Source of the DNA: Candidatus Poribacteria bacterium
GTDB lineage: Bacteria; Abyssobacteria; SURF-5
Assembly: GCA_016215705.1 (NCBI GenBank)
Contig: JACRIR010000004.1
Span: forward strand, 1 to 52,740
Direction of reading: 5' to 3'
Length of the DNA: 52,740 nucleotides
The stretch's first letter is position 1. Every line of letters begins with the position of its first letter. Both the position numbers and the translations under genes were made by a program. A model generated the notes under the pieces. That model was given only the letters and a program-made list of their open reading frames with translations. It was not told the origin of the DNA and did no database searches. Positions 1 through 8,691 of the stretch are shown here, piece by piece.

Positions 1-339
1 ATTCCCGGCCTGCATGTTTTGGGCAAACCCGACATGAGCGTCTTTGCCTTCACTTCCGAGGACATGAACATCTTCGCGGTCGGGGATGGAATGGAAGCTC
101 GTGGCTGGCACATCGACTGGCAGCAGAAGCCGTCGGCGCTTCACGTGATGGTCACAATGGCGCATGAGGGAGTCGCAGGAAAATTCCTCGCCGATCTCAG
201 GGAATCTGCTGATTACGTGCGCGCGAATCCATCGGTCGCTTCCGAAGGTTCTGCTCCACTGTACGGCATGATGGCGACTGTGCCGGACCGCGTGATGGTG
301 CGCGACTTTGTTATGAACGTGATGGACGACGTGTTTTAG
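1..339 (+). CDS. PLP-dependent decarboxylase, sphingosine-1-phosphate-lyase-like family; C-terminal fragment, 5'-truncated by the window edge
   Basis: The ORF is open from base 1 in frame +1 (IPGLHVLGKPDMSVFAFTS...). C-terminal motifs (LADLRESADYVRANP, YGMMATVPDR) resemble the C-terminal domain of SPL / group-II decarboxylases. Confidence 0.55.
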   Translation: MPGLHVLGKPDMSVFAFTSEDMNIFAVGDGMEARGWHIDWQQKPSALHVMVTMAHEGVAGKFLADLRESADYVRANPSVASEGSAPLYGMMATVPDRVMVRDFVMNVMDDVF

Positions 340-419
340 CGATTGCGGACATCGGCGTTCATCTGCGTTCATCGGCGGTTCCCGTTGAATCGGTTTTAAC
401 ACGTAACAAGGAGAACAAG

Positions 420-1790
420 ATGATAGATTTGAAATCAATTCCTGTGACGAAGGAAGACCTTGACCGCTATGAGGTGGAAAACCTCTTTCATTCATGGTCA
501 TACCAGCCGGCGAAATCGCCGATGCGGGTCGTTTCGACAAAGGGAACACGCTTTACAAATGAAGAGGGGCGGACGTTTCTGGACTTCAGTTCCTGTTTCG
601 TGAGTCATAACATCGGTCATCAGGACCCGAGAGTGCTGGATGCTCTGACGGAGCAGGCAAAGAAGCTCTGTTCATTTGCTCCGAATTTTTCGACCAGACC
701 CAGGGCCACATTGGCGAAAATGGTGGCGGAGATAACGCCCGGGGACTTATCCCGAACGTTCTTCTGCCTCAGCGGCACAGAAGCCAACGAGGCGGCCATA
801 AAGATTTGCCATCAATACACCGGCCGGCGCAAAATCATATCGCGCTATAGTTCCTATCACGGCGGGACCTCCACATCCATGACTCTTTCTTCAGGCGACC
901 CGAGAAGTTGGGCGCAGGTTCCCGGCGGGGTGGAACGTTTATCGGTTCCGTTGCCTTATTGCTATCGCTGCATGTTCGGGCAGAAATATCCCGAGTGCGA
1001 CCTGCGATGCGTGACATATATCGATCAGGTGATTGAACTTGAAGGCGGAGGCGACAAGGTGGCGGGCATTCTGTTTGAGCCTGTCACGGGCGCCAACGGA
1101 ATCATTGTTCCACCCGCTGAGTATTTCCCGAGGCTCAGAGAGATATGCGACAAGTGGGGCGTGCTCATGATCGCGGACGAGGTCATGACCGGCTTTGGCC
1201 GCACGGGGAAATGGTTCGCGATGGATCATTGGAACGTCGTTCCTGACATCATGACAATGGCAAAGGGAATCACCGCCGCGTATATGCCGATGGGCGCGAC
1301 CGTCGTGCGAAAACACATAGGCGACCGGTTCAAGGAACAGTTCTTCAGTCACGGCGCAACCTATGCGGGGCATGCGCTCGCCTGCGCGACCGCCATACGA
1401 GTTGTCCGGATTTATCAAGAGGACAATCTCATCGAGAACGCCGCCAAAATGGGAAAGTATCTTCTTGAGAAAGCTTTGGAGCTTAAGGACAAGCATCCGT
1501 CGGTGGGTGACGTTCGCGGGCTGGGCCTCTTCGTCGGGCTGGAACTGGTGAAGAACAAAAAGACCCGTGAGCCATTGATTCCGGTGGCGGCAAAGATACG
1601 TCCCGAGTCCAACCCGAAAGTTGAAGTCGGGAAACGTCTTGTCGAATTAGGAATGATTGCGATGGCCGCGAACCCGTCAAACATTGTCGCGATGGCGCCG
1701 CCGCTCATAATCACCAAGGGCGAAATCGATGAAGGTATCGGCATCATGGATAAGGCGCTTGAGGTTGCGGACGCCCATGCGGAGAAATGA
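420..1790 (+). CDS. Class-III (omega) aminotransferase, PLP-dependent
   Basis: 456 aa. Classic class-III motifs are present: LMIADEVMTGFGRTGKWFA, MTMAKGI (Lys) and GTEANEAAIK. SD aaggag lies 8 nt upstream. Confidence 0.85.
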   Translation: MIDLKSIPVTKEDLDRYEVENLFHSWSYQPAKSPMRVVSTKGTRFTNEEGRTFLDFSSCFVSHNIGHQDPRVLDALTEQAKKLCSFAPNFSTRPRATLAKMVAEITPGDLSRTFFCLSGTEANEAAIKICHQYTGRRKIISRYSSYHGGTSTSMTLSSGDPRSWAQVPGGVERLSVPLPYCYRCMFGQKYPECDLRCVTYIDQVIELEGGGDKVAGILFEPVTGANGIIVPPAEYFPRLREICDKWGVLMIADEVMTGFGRTGKWFAMDHWNVVPDIMTMAKGITAAYMPMGATVVRKHIGDRFKEQFFSHGATYAGHALACATAIRVVRIYQEDNLIENAAKMGKYLLEKALELKDKHPSVGDVRGLGLFVGLELVKNKKTREPLIPVAAKIRPESNPKVEVGKRLVELGMIAMAANPSNIVAMAPPLIITKGEIDEGIGIMDKALEVADAHAEK

Positions 1791-1852
1791 TGAATGATGA
1801 GGCGAAGTGCGAGGTTTTCCCTTTCCTCTTGTTCCTTTCGCTTTGTCTGTGA

Positions 1853-2176
1853 TTATTCGAGGGCTTTCATGGCGATGCAACTGTGCGCCATCGAGGCGCC
1901 GGCATTCAAGGCAACGGCCACCATGATCGCCTCGGCTATTTCCTCGTTCGTTGCGCCCGCGTCTTTCGCCTTGCGTGTATGCCCGTCGATGCAGTAGGGA
2001 CATTGGGTGATATGCGCACATGCGAGCGCAATCAGTTCCTTTGTTTTTGAAGGGAGAGCGCCTTCTTCAAAAACCTTCTGGTTGAAGGCAGCAAACGCGC
2101 CCAACAGGTCGCCCTTCACTTCAGCGAATTTTCCCATCGAGAGCAGCCCATCTGTCGAATAAAAGTGATCGCCCAT
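1853..2176 (-). CDS. Carboxymuconolactone decarboxylase / AhpD-like family protein
   Basis: 107 aa with the AhpD-core CxxC-type motif (HITQCPYCIDGH) and conserved length. Confidence 0.75.
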   Translation of the reverse strand: MGDHFYSTDGLLSMGKFAEVKGDLLGAFAAFNQKVFEEGALPSKTKELIALACAHITQCPYCIDGHTRKAKDAGATNEEIAEAIMVAVALNAGASMAHSCIAMKALE

Positions 2177-2295
2177 CTTTCTTTCTCCTCTAAAGTTTTG
2201 TAGGGTTTATGTCGATATAATGATTGAAGAAATCCCCCTTGCCCCCTTTGCGAAAGGGGGATAACAATTGAGCACCGGCCCAAGAGAGCCAAACA

Positions 2296-2520
2296 ATGGA
2301 TATCGGGACTAGCGCTTCAATATTGAGTGCACTAAATAGCGGGAGCGGCTCGCTCGTCAATGGCATAGCCCAGATATCCATGCAGCATGCTGCGATGGCC
2401 AATCAGCTTCTCATCCAGATGTACGCTCTTAAGATGTCGATGGATACGGAACAAGCTGCTACTCTCTCGCTTATCCAACAGGCCCTCGGCATCGGCCAGA
2501 ACCTCGACTTTCTCGTCTGA
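2296..2520 (+). CDS. Small YjfB-like (putative motility protein family) protein
   Basis: 74 aa (MDIGTSASILSALNSGSGSLVNGIAQISMQ...) resembling the short YjfB/DUF family pattern MDI..S.....Q...V..A.L.K. Confidence 0.35.
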   Translation: MDIGTSASILSALNSGSGSLVNGIAQISMQHAAMANQLLIQMYALKMSMDTEQAATLSLIQQALGIGQNLDFLV

Positions 2521-2587
2521 AAAGAAGAGTCTGGATCACGAATCACGAATAGGACGAATTGCGAGCAGGAATCAGTTCTTGGTTTCG

Positions 2588-2612
2588 GGTTTATGGTTCA
2601 AAACCATAAACC
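2588..2612. terminator. Perfect 11-bp inverted repeat (GGTTTATGGTT-caa-AACCATAAACC) between convergent genes; possible bidirectional terminator, no U-tract
   Basis: Read directly from the sequence. It lies between the 3' end of the YjfB-like gene (+) and the 3' end of the AOR gene (-). Confidence 0.35.
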
Positions 2613-2633
2613 ATGAACTATGAACCATGAACC
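2599..2633. repeat. Copy A of a short intergenic element (TCAAAACCATAAACCATGAAC + tandem ATGAACC units); related copy at 50076-50131
   Basis: The shared 14-mer ATGAACCATGAACC occurs at 2620-2633 and 50118-50131. Flanking AAACCATAAACCAT vs AAACCGTAAACCAT is 16/21 identical. Confidence 0.5.
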
Positions 2634-2663
2634 GACTAGGTTCCTTTCGTCTTTTGCCCCCTC

Positions 2664-4547
2664 TTATGGCATATCTCTCACGGCAAAGTCCAGCCCGAGT
2701 TCTCTCAGCTTTTCATCTGTCGGGCAGCCGGTTCGCTTGTCCCATCCGCGTTCATCGTAATAATCATCGAGCAATCTCTTGAGGTCTTCGCGCGTGAGCT
2801 TTCGCGTCTGGAAATAGTCGCGCATCTCGAATTCGCTGCCTGCAGCGTTCAGGGGCTCAAACCATTTGTCGGGCGGTGTGTCGTCTTTGCGTGTAAAACC
2901 CTCACGACAGTTGAGCGCTTTATACAGGTTCCAAACCCTCTCGGCTGCCGACATGAGGGCAGTCTTATCCATCTCTATGCCGGTTGCGGTCGAGAACAGG
3001 CGGGCGCAGATGTCAGCGCTGTAAAAGCGATTATTCTGACTTCGGATGCAGATGCCGAGCGAATCGAACACGGCAAACCAATCTTCTGAATAGCGCGTGA
3101 ACCGGCCGACGTTGAACCCGAAGGGGCTGTCCATGATTCGTTTGACGGCCTCGGGCGGCGCGCCCATGCGGCCTGCGTGCTTCTCGAACATTTCGAGCGG
3201 TGCGCCCTGGTTATATGAAGGCGAGCCGCCGGATTGATGGTGTCCGCCGCGCGGATTAACCAGTTGCTCGAACTCCATCGTGCCCAAGCCTTTCTCGCGC
3301 GGGTCGAACTCCGTGCCAAGCCCCTTCACGTGCGAGGTATATTTGGCGGGGTCGAGTCCGAATTCCTTCACCGTTTCGACCCATCCCTCGGCGAGAACGT
3401 CGCCAACGCCCCGGCGGAAAGTAATCTTCTCGATAAGGTCATGCATAGTCTCGTAGTTACGCTCGATCTTTCCGACTTTGTCTTCGCTCAGTGCGCCTTT
3501 GCTGGTTGCCTCGATTAGCAGGTCGAACAAGCCGTCAAACTCCTGCTGGCAAAGGCCGTAGCGATTTTGCATGTTCACTATGCGCGTGGCTCTCGAGCAC
3601 TCGGGGATTTGTCCTTTCATGGCCGTCTGAGCGACCATGCCGAAGCTGTGGGTGTAAGTCTTCATGCCGCTGAATTCGCCCTCGGGAGTTACGAGCATGT
3701 CCTTGTCGGCGATGAAACATGATGGGCAGGCGATGCGGGCTTTTCTCAGCTTCTTGTACGCGCTGAGACCGTAAGGGCCCTCTTCGCCGAGCATGAATGA
3801 GCCGCCGGCATTGAGGATGCCATAGTCCACTGCCGCCGAATGAAGCGGATATCTGCGCGCGCGACCAAATAGCGTGTTAACCTCGTGCATGAATCCTTTC
3901 GGATCGGCAACGCGGATGCCGCCACTGCCTCGAACGAGCACAGCCTTCAGCTTCTTCGAGCCCATGATTGCGCCGAAGCCGGCGCGTCCGATGGTCGCCA
4001 TTTTGTCAACCATTCCGAGAGAGAACTTGACCAGGTTCTCACCGGCTTGTCCGATCGAGATCGAGCCGCAGCGTGCATGGCGTTTCCATAATGCGTCGAC
4101 GGCCTCGTAGTTGTCTTTGCCCCATATGTCGGTCGCATCGAGGATTTGCACGCGATCATCTTCAATGAAGACGTAAACGGGTTTTTGCGCCGTGCCGGTT
4201 ATGACGACGTGGTCGTGGCCTGCGCGCTTCATATTGAACGCAAACGTCATGCTGCCACTGCCGGCGGATACTGCGCCCGAGAGCGGAAACTTAGATGTGC
4301 CGATCACTCGCGCGGCGCCCGGTACCATTGTTCCGATGAGGGGGCCTGCGCCGATGATTATCGGATTTTCGGGCGCAAGAGCGTCAACGCCGGGTTTGAT
4401 CAAATCCCATGCGAGCTTATTGTTGAGACCCAGGCCGCCGAGGTATTTTTCGGCATCGGCTTTATCGAGAGGCTTCTTCTCTATCTTTCCATCGGACAAA
4501 TTGATGAACAGGATATTGCCGGCATAACCGAAATGATCCACGGTCAC
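2664..4547 (-). CDS. aor: Tungsten-type aldehyde:ferredoxin oxidoreductase (AOR family)
   Basis: AOR N-terminal motif (HFGYAGNILFINLSDGK) plus the large C-terminal domain. The ORF track extends to 4613, but that would overlap the upstream ferredoxin by 70 nt. An in-frame GTG at 4547 gives a GTGA stop/start overlap with an SD GGAGG, so it is the likely start. Confidence 0.8.
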   Translation of the reverse strand: MTVDHFGYAGNILFINLSDGKIEKKPLDKADAEKYLGGLGLNNKLAWDLIKPGVDALAPENPIIIGAGPLIGTMVPGAARVIGTSKFPLSGAVSAGSGSMTFAFNMKRAGHDHVVITGTAQKPVYVFIEDDRVQILDATDIWGKDNYEAVDALWKRHARCGSISIGQAGENLVKFSLGMVDKMATIGRAGFGAIMGSKKLKAVLVRGSGGIRVADPKGFMHEVNTLFGRARRYPLHSAAVDYGILNAGGSFMLGEEGPYGLSAYKKLRKARIACPSCFIADKDMLVTPEGEFSGMKTYTHSFGMVAQTAMKGQIPECSRATRIVNMQNRYGLCQQEFDGLFDLLIEATSKGALSEDKVGKIERNYETMHDLIEKITFRRGVGDVLAEGWVETVKEFGLDPAKYTSHVKGLGTEFDPREKGLGTMEFEQLVNPRGGHHQSGGSPSYNQGAPLEMFEKHAGRMGAPPEAVKRIMDSPFGFNVGRFTRYSEDWFAVFDSLGICIRSQNNRFYSADICARLFSTATGIEMDKTALMSAAERVWNLYKALNCREGFTRKDDTPPDKWFEPLNAAGSEFEMRDYFQTRKLTREDLKRLLDDYYDERGWDKRTGCPTDEKLRELGLDFAVRDMP

Positions 4548-4792
4548 TTCACCTCCGTCCGGCTTAGCGCGCCGTACACGCAGTAGTCCGCGCAGATCGA
4601 ACATTGAAGGCATTCGTCGGTGAAGCTTGCGCCCTTATCGTCGTCTACGGTTCTCTCGATTCTGATTCGCGCGAGCGCCGGATTGAAGATGTCGTGGTAC
4701 GTGAACGAGCATATCAACTGGCAGTTTAGGCAGCCCGTGCACTTATCGAGATCAATCAGGATTTTCGGGTTGTTTTCGTTTACAAACGACAT
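4544..4792 (-). CDS. 2x[4Fe-4S] ferredoxin-domain protein (AOR partner)
   Basis: 82 aa with two Cys clusters (CTGCLNCQLIC and CLQCSICADYC). It sits immediately upstream of AOR on the same strand. Confidence 0.7.
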   Translation of the reverse strand: MSFVNENNPKILIDLDKCTGCLNCQLICSFTYHDIFNPALARIRIERTVDDDKGASFTDECLQCSICADYCVYGALSRTEVK

Positions 4793-4970
4793 ACGAATTG
4801 GTCCCTTCGCACAATGGAGATGTCTCGGACGACTTGGGAGGGCAACAGCAAAATCTATTATATCAGAAAGACGGCTAAAGTGAGACGTCCCCCGCTATCG
4901 AGGCGAGTTTTGCAGTATGTCGGTGATGGTAAACAGAATGATCGAGGAGATTGTGGCGAAGGATCGTTCT

Positions 4971-5177
4971 TCACACAGACTTTTTCCATTTGGTCCAACG
5001 ATAGACATTTATCATTGTCGGGGTTTTACATTTGGCGCACAAGACCGATCCGCTGGGATATACCTTATCTCCTGCTACAACGACTTGCTCCTCGAGGACT
5101 ATCTTGTCGAGGCCGCTGCAAGTGGAGCATTCAAGTGTTTGCACGAGGTATTTCGATACGTCGGAACAATTCTCCAT
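4971..5177 (-). CDS. Possible small zinc-ribbon protein
   Basis: 68 aa with two CxxC pairs (CSTCSG and CAKCKT), on the same strand as its neighbours in an otherwise empty 400-nt gap. It competes with overlapping + strand ORFs. Confidence 0.25.
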   Translation of the reverse strand: MENCSDVSKYLVQTLECSTCSGLDKIVLEEQVVVAGDKVYPSGSVLCAKCKTPTMINVYRWTKWKKSV

Positions 5178-5197
5178 CTCTCACGGAATCCTTTCGG

Positions 5198-5650
5198 TCA
5201 GAAATCTTCGGCCACTGATTCTTGCTGAGGGGACGATTGTTGGAGTACCTTCAATAAATCATCGAGATATTTGGCGTCCTCGCGAGATATATCCGCAAAC
5301 TCGAGCCCGAGGATGTAGGTGTCGGCGGAATCTTTGAGTCTCTTGACCCAGGCAACGCGCGCACGCGCGCGAATCTCGGTGTCGAAAGCGGTCCTTATTG
5401 TCACCGAGAGAGATGCCCCTTTGACTGCCGGAAATCGTGACACGAGCGCGACCCCACCCTCGCTGACGTTGAGCACGCGAAGATGGCTCTGGCCGACCGC
5501 TTCACTTTTCAGGTAGCCCGCGTGAACCCCTCGGTTCCATTTGTCCTCGCGGTCGTATTCGAAGGCGGTTGTCACCGAAGCGTCGCAGGCATGCCGAAAG
5601 AAGTGACGCCGGTTCTTGTTTCCGAGCAAATCTTTTCCAGGGTGTGGCAT
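5198..5650 (-). CDS. PilZ-domain protein (c-di-GMP receptor)
   Basis: It carries RxxxR (RRHFFRH) and DxSxGG (NVSEGG) motifs. The likely start is the internal ATG at 5650, with SD AAGGAG 8 nt upstream; the ORF track start is 5683. Confidence 0.65.
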   Translation of the reverse strand: MPHPGKDLLGNKNRRHFFRHACDASVTTAFEYDREDKWNRGVHAGYLKSEAVGQSHLRVLNVSEGGVALVSRFPAVKGASLSVTIRTAFDTEIRARARVAWVKRLKDSADTYILGLEFADISREDAKYLDDLLKVLQQSSPQQESVAEDF

Positions 5651-5669
5651 GGGGTGGTCTCCTTGGTTC

Positions 5670-6014
5670 TTACCTGTTCGCAAACCTCCTCATTCCCAAT
5701 CCAATCGAGAAAAGTGAAACTGCGCCAAGAATCAGTAGAAGCCCGGTCTTGAAATGGTTACCCCTCGTGAGCATGAAAACTCCGAGTGCAAAAAGGCCTA
5801 CGGCCCCCATCATATAGAGGCTCCCATAAGCGCGCACTCTTCTGGTTTGTTGTTGAGGGATGATTTCTCTCGCGGGAAACTTTGTCCGGCCGGGATGGCG
5901 TTCAGCCCAGTGTCTGCATTGGTAGCATAGGACAAGTGCGCCTTTCCCCGGTATGTTGTGTCGGTAGGCGCTGTAGTCCCCGATGTAGTGTCCGCATCCC
6001 TGGCAATAGGCCAT
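5670..6014 (-). CDS. Zinc-ribbon membrane protein, function unknown
   Basis: N-terminal CxxC...CxxC (CQGCGH...CYQCRH) followed by two hydrophobic helices. It is co-directional and tightly spaced with the PilZ and FHA genes. Confidence 0.45.
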   Translation of the reverse strand: MAYCQGCGHYIGDYSAYRHNIPGKGALVLCYQCRHWAERHPGRTKFPAREIIPQQQTRRVRAYGSLYMMGAVGLFALGVFMLTRGNHFKTGLLLILGAVSLFSIGLGMRRFANR

Positions 6015-6068
6015 TTTGTTGTTCTTCGTTTCTCGCTTGTCAGCACACTCCCATTTGACGTCAAGGAT

Positions 6069-6917
6069 TCACTTTTCGTGCGCGTGTACCTCAAATACGA
6101 TATCGCCGATGCGGACTTTGTCGTGGTTCTTCAACTGGGGGTTATACTGAAGCTTGTCGTTGACGCTGATCGGCTGGTTCGATTTCCCGTGGAGATATGC
6201 ATGTGTCTTCCCGCCGACGTGCACAAAGGAAAACGAGCACTGAGCTCCTTTCAACGAAGGGTCTCGAATGACGATGTCATCGTTTGTCGATGCCCCCAAT
6301 GTCAGCCGTTTCCTTTTGATGAGTCGTTTCGATAAGTCGATTCTTTCTTTGCCTGAACGCGCGCCCTGTATGGGCTCGAGTGACATTATTACTCGATTCT
6401 CGAGGAAGATATATATACCCGCAATCGACGCGGCAAGAACTCCCATCACCCCGAGAAAGAGTTTTCCCATATTCGCTCTCAGCATGCTGATGAGGCGAGG
6501 AGGCGGCTGCTGCAAGTCAATCGTTGCGGGAGCAGTCAGGTCAATTGATTCCCCGCAATATGGGCATTTCCCCAACTCATGTGTCTGATAGGCAAAGAAC
6601 AGCTTCTTGCATGCCGGAGAAAAGAACCACACGAAATCGGAGTCGTCTGCGCCTGCGCCCATTACTTTCTTATCTTCGGTCACCAGCATCATCTGGAATC
6701 CGCAATATGGGCAATTCCCCTTTCTCGTGGTCGCTTCCGCCATGAACAATTTACCGCAATTGGCGCAGGTGAACCATGAAAAGTTCTCCTTCGACACCCC
6801 GGCCACTACTTTTCTTGACGGATCAAAGAATCCCCCTGCAATCATTCGCCACAGCACGAATCCTATGATCAGCATCAGCAGGCCGAACACAAACGCTTTT
6901 TTCATGGTAGGTACCAC
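6069..6917 (-). CDS. Membrane-anchored double-zinc-ribbon + FHA-domain protein
   Basis: N-terminal TM helix, four CxxC knuckles (CANCGK/CPYCGF, CKKLF/CPYCGE) and a C-terminal FHA-like region (IVIRDP...SFSFVHVGGKTHAYLHGKSNQPISVNDK...KVRIGDIVFEV). Confidence 0.55.
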   Translation of the reverse strand: MVPTMKKAFVFGLLMLIIGFVLWRMIAGGFFDPSRKVVAGVSKENFSWFTCANCGKLFMAEATTRKGNCPYCGFQMMLVTEDKKVMGAGADDSDFVWFFSPACKKLFFAYQTHELGKCPYCGESIDLTAPATIDLQQPPPRLISMLRANMGKLFLGVMGVLAASIAGIYIFLENRVIMSLEPIQGARSGKERIDLSKRLIKRKRLTLGASTNDDIVIRDPSLKGAQCSFSFVHVGGKTHAYLHGKSNQPISVNDKLQYNPQLKNHDKVRIGDIVFEVHAHEK

Positions 6918-7526
6918 CTTTGGGGAAAAGACCCCCGATAGCGTACCAGTCTCCCCTCCTAAGTGTATTACAATATATATTTTACATCATGCGAGCCAAC
7001 CTGTCAACGCGAGCACAATGATTTTGCAGAAATCTGCTTGACGGAATCTTTCCTCAAAGATGCACAATGAACGACGGCTACAAGACGTTTCAGCAAAGAG
7101 GAAGCCTTAGCTGTTACTGGTTTTGCGGCGTGACCTAACCAGGTTGTGGGGTGCGTTCATCTTCTTCCACAACCCCTTGTATGCTTGTCATACATACTGG
7201 ATCGGAGATGTAGATAATGGAGATTCGTGGCACATATCTTGCTTTAAGTGCAGTATAATACGTCACTTGCGCCTTGGCGGCACAAGTGTGACAACAGGAA
7301 AGGGATCGCTTAGCTCCATATGGATCAAGGGGTTGGGAGAGACCGACAGATCATTTCAGTAGAAAAAAAGTCTTTCCGTTCAGCCACCGGGTCGGCAACG
7401 AAGGGACCGGTAATGAACGAAATTGACCGGCATCCATGCCTACAGGCAGCGATTGTAGGAACACACAAGATTCAGGAAGCTTTCTACCGGGGTCTTGAGT
7501 GAAATGAGGAAAATGTCTCGGCGCGT

Positions 7527-8621
7527 GTGTCTCGACGCGAGTGTCCGGGACAGTCACCTATGGTTGAAGCGCTGAACGTATTATTGGGTTGCGATGTCGA
7601 CCCGGACCGTCCTCGTTACGGAGGCGCGCGGTATGACACGCGCGACGATCAACTGACGTGGCGCAGCATAAGCGAGGGCATTCAACTGCTTCAGCAGGTC
7701 TTGGATGGAATCGGTATCCAGGCCGGTGTCAAGCCCAAGGTTATCTTTTGTCTCCGGGCTGACACCCAGATGCGAGATATTTATGGGGACGCAGCATGGC
7801 CAATCACGAAATATGCAGACCTTTGGCGCTCGCTCGAACAGGACGGCCATGAGCTTGCATGGCATCCACATCTTTGGCGTTGGAGCAACGAATCCGGATG
7901 CTGGTATCAAGAGACAGAGGATGAGAATTGGATTTCCGAATGCCTCGAGACCGGACATGCCGGATTCACTAAGGCACTTGGAAAAACTCCGGTTACTTGC
8001 CACATGGGCTGGACGTTTCACAACAATGTTTCAATGAGAAGAATCTCCGAGTTGGGTCTAAGAGTCGATTTCTCCGGCTGCCCGGGTGTTTTCTTTGGAG
8101 GTGGGCCGGGGAGCGCGGGGACTGTTTTCGACAACAAGATTGACTGGTTGGGAACGCCGCTGCGCTGGTATCGCCCATCGGAAGTTGACTACAGGCGTCC
8201 GGCGGGCGGGGGGGAGGCCGGATTATCCGTTGTGGAGATTCCAAAGTTCACGACTCGCTCGGGCGTCTTAAGAAAAGTCAAGGGCCTCGCGGCGCGCGGG
8301 AAAAGAGCGCCGGGCACAGGCGCAGCGACTGCCGCTTTCTTGCAGATAACGTCCCTTCCGATGCTTTATTCGCGAGTCATTGCAGAGCGGCTTGCCTGCC
8401 GGGAGGCCGATCCTTTCTTTGCGACCTATTTTCACCCTGACGAACTGCTTGCCGACCGGCCGCGGTCCGCGAAGAATTTTCTGTATTCCCTTGCGAATCT
8501 GGAGAAGAACGTGAAAGGGTTAGTGCGAGCCGCGAGACAAGACGGCAGAGAGGTTTCTTTTGTCACCGGCGCTGAGGCGCTTGAATATATGGTTGGCGGA
8601 ACAAGAAACAGTGGCGTTTAG
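7527..8621 (+). CDS. Hypothetical protein, possibly a metal-dependent carbohydrate esterase / deacetylase-like fold
   Basis: 364-aa ORF with coding-like composition and His-rich motifs (HELAWHPHLWRW). I cannot assign a family from sequence alone. Confidence 0.35.
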   Translation: MSRRECPGQSPMVEALNVLLGCDVDPDRPRYGGARYDTRDDQLTWRSISEGIQLLQQVLDGIGIQAGVKPKVIFCLRADTQMRDIYGDAAWPITKYADLWRSLEQDGHELAWHPHLWRWSNESGCWYQETEDENWISECLETGHAGFTKALGKTPVTCHMGWTFHNNVSMRRISELGLRVDFSGCPGVFFGGGPGSAGTVFDNKIDWLGTPLRWYRPSEVDYRRPAGGGEAGLSVVEIPKFTTRSGVLRKVKGLAARGKRAPGTGAATAAFLQITSLPMLYSRVIAERLACREADPFFATYFHPDELLADRPRSAKNFLYSLANLEKNVKGLVRAARQDGREVSFVTGAEALEYMVGGTRNSGV

Positions 8622-8691
8622 ACGTGTGCATGAAACGCGACAAGACTTCTGAAAAGGGGTACCCGGGTTCAACGCGCGGAGAATAGAGCAC

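Noticed and set aside
939-1496. 185-aa minus-strand ORF inside the aminotransferase gene
   Set aside because: It is antisense to a high-confidence class-III aminotransferase.
6918-7526. Possible tmRNA / RNase P / SRP RNA / riboswitch in the 609-nt gap
   Set aside because: I checked by eye for hallmark cores (tmRNA tag-reading frame and 3' CCA context, RNase P P4 sequence, SRP domain IV GGAA motif, GEMM / cobalamin cores) and found none. It is left only as an unassigned noncoding region.
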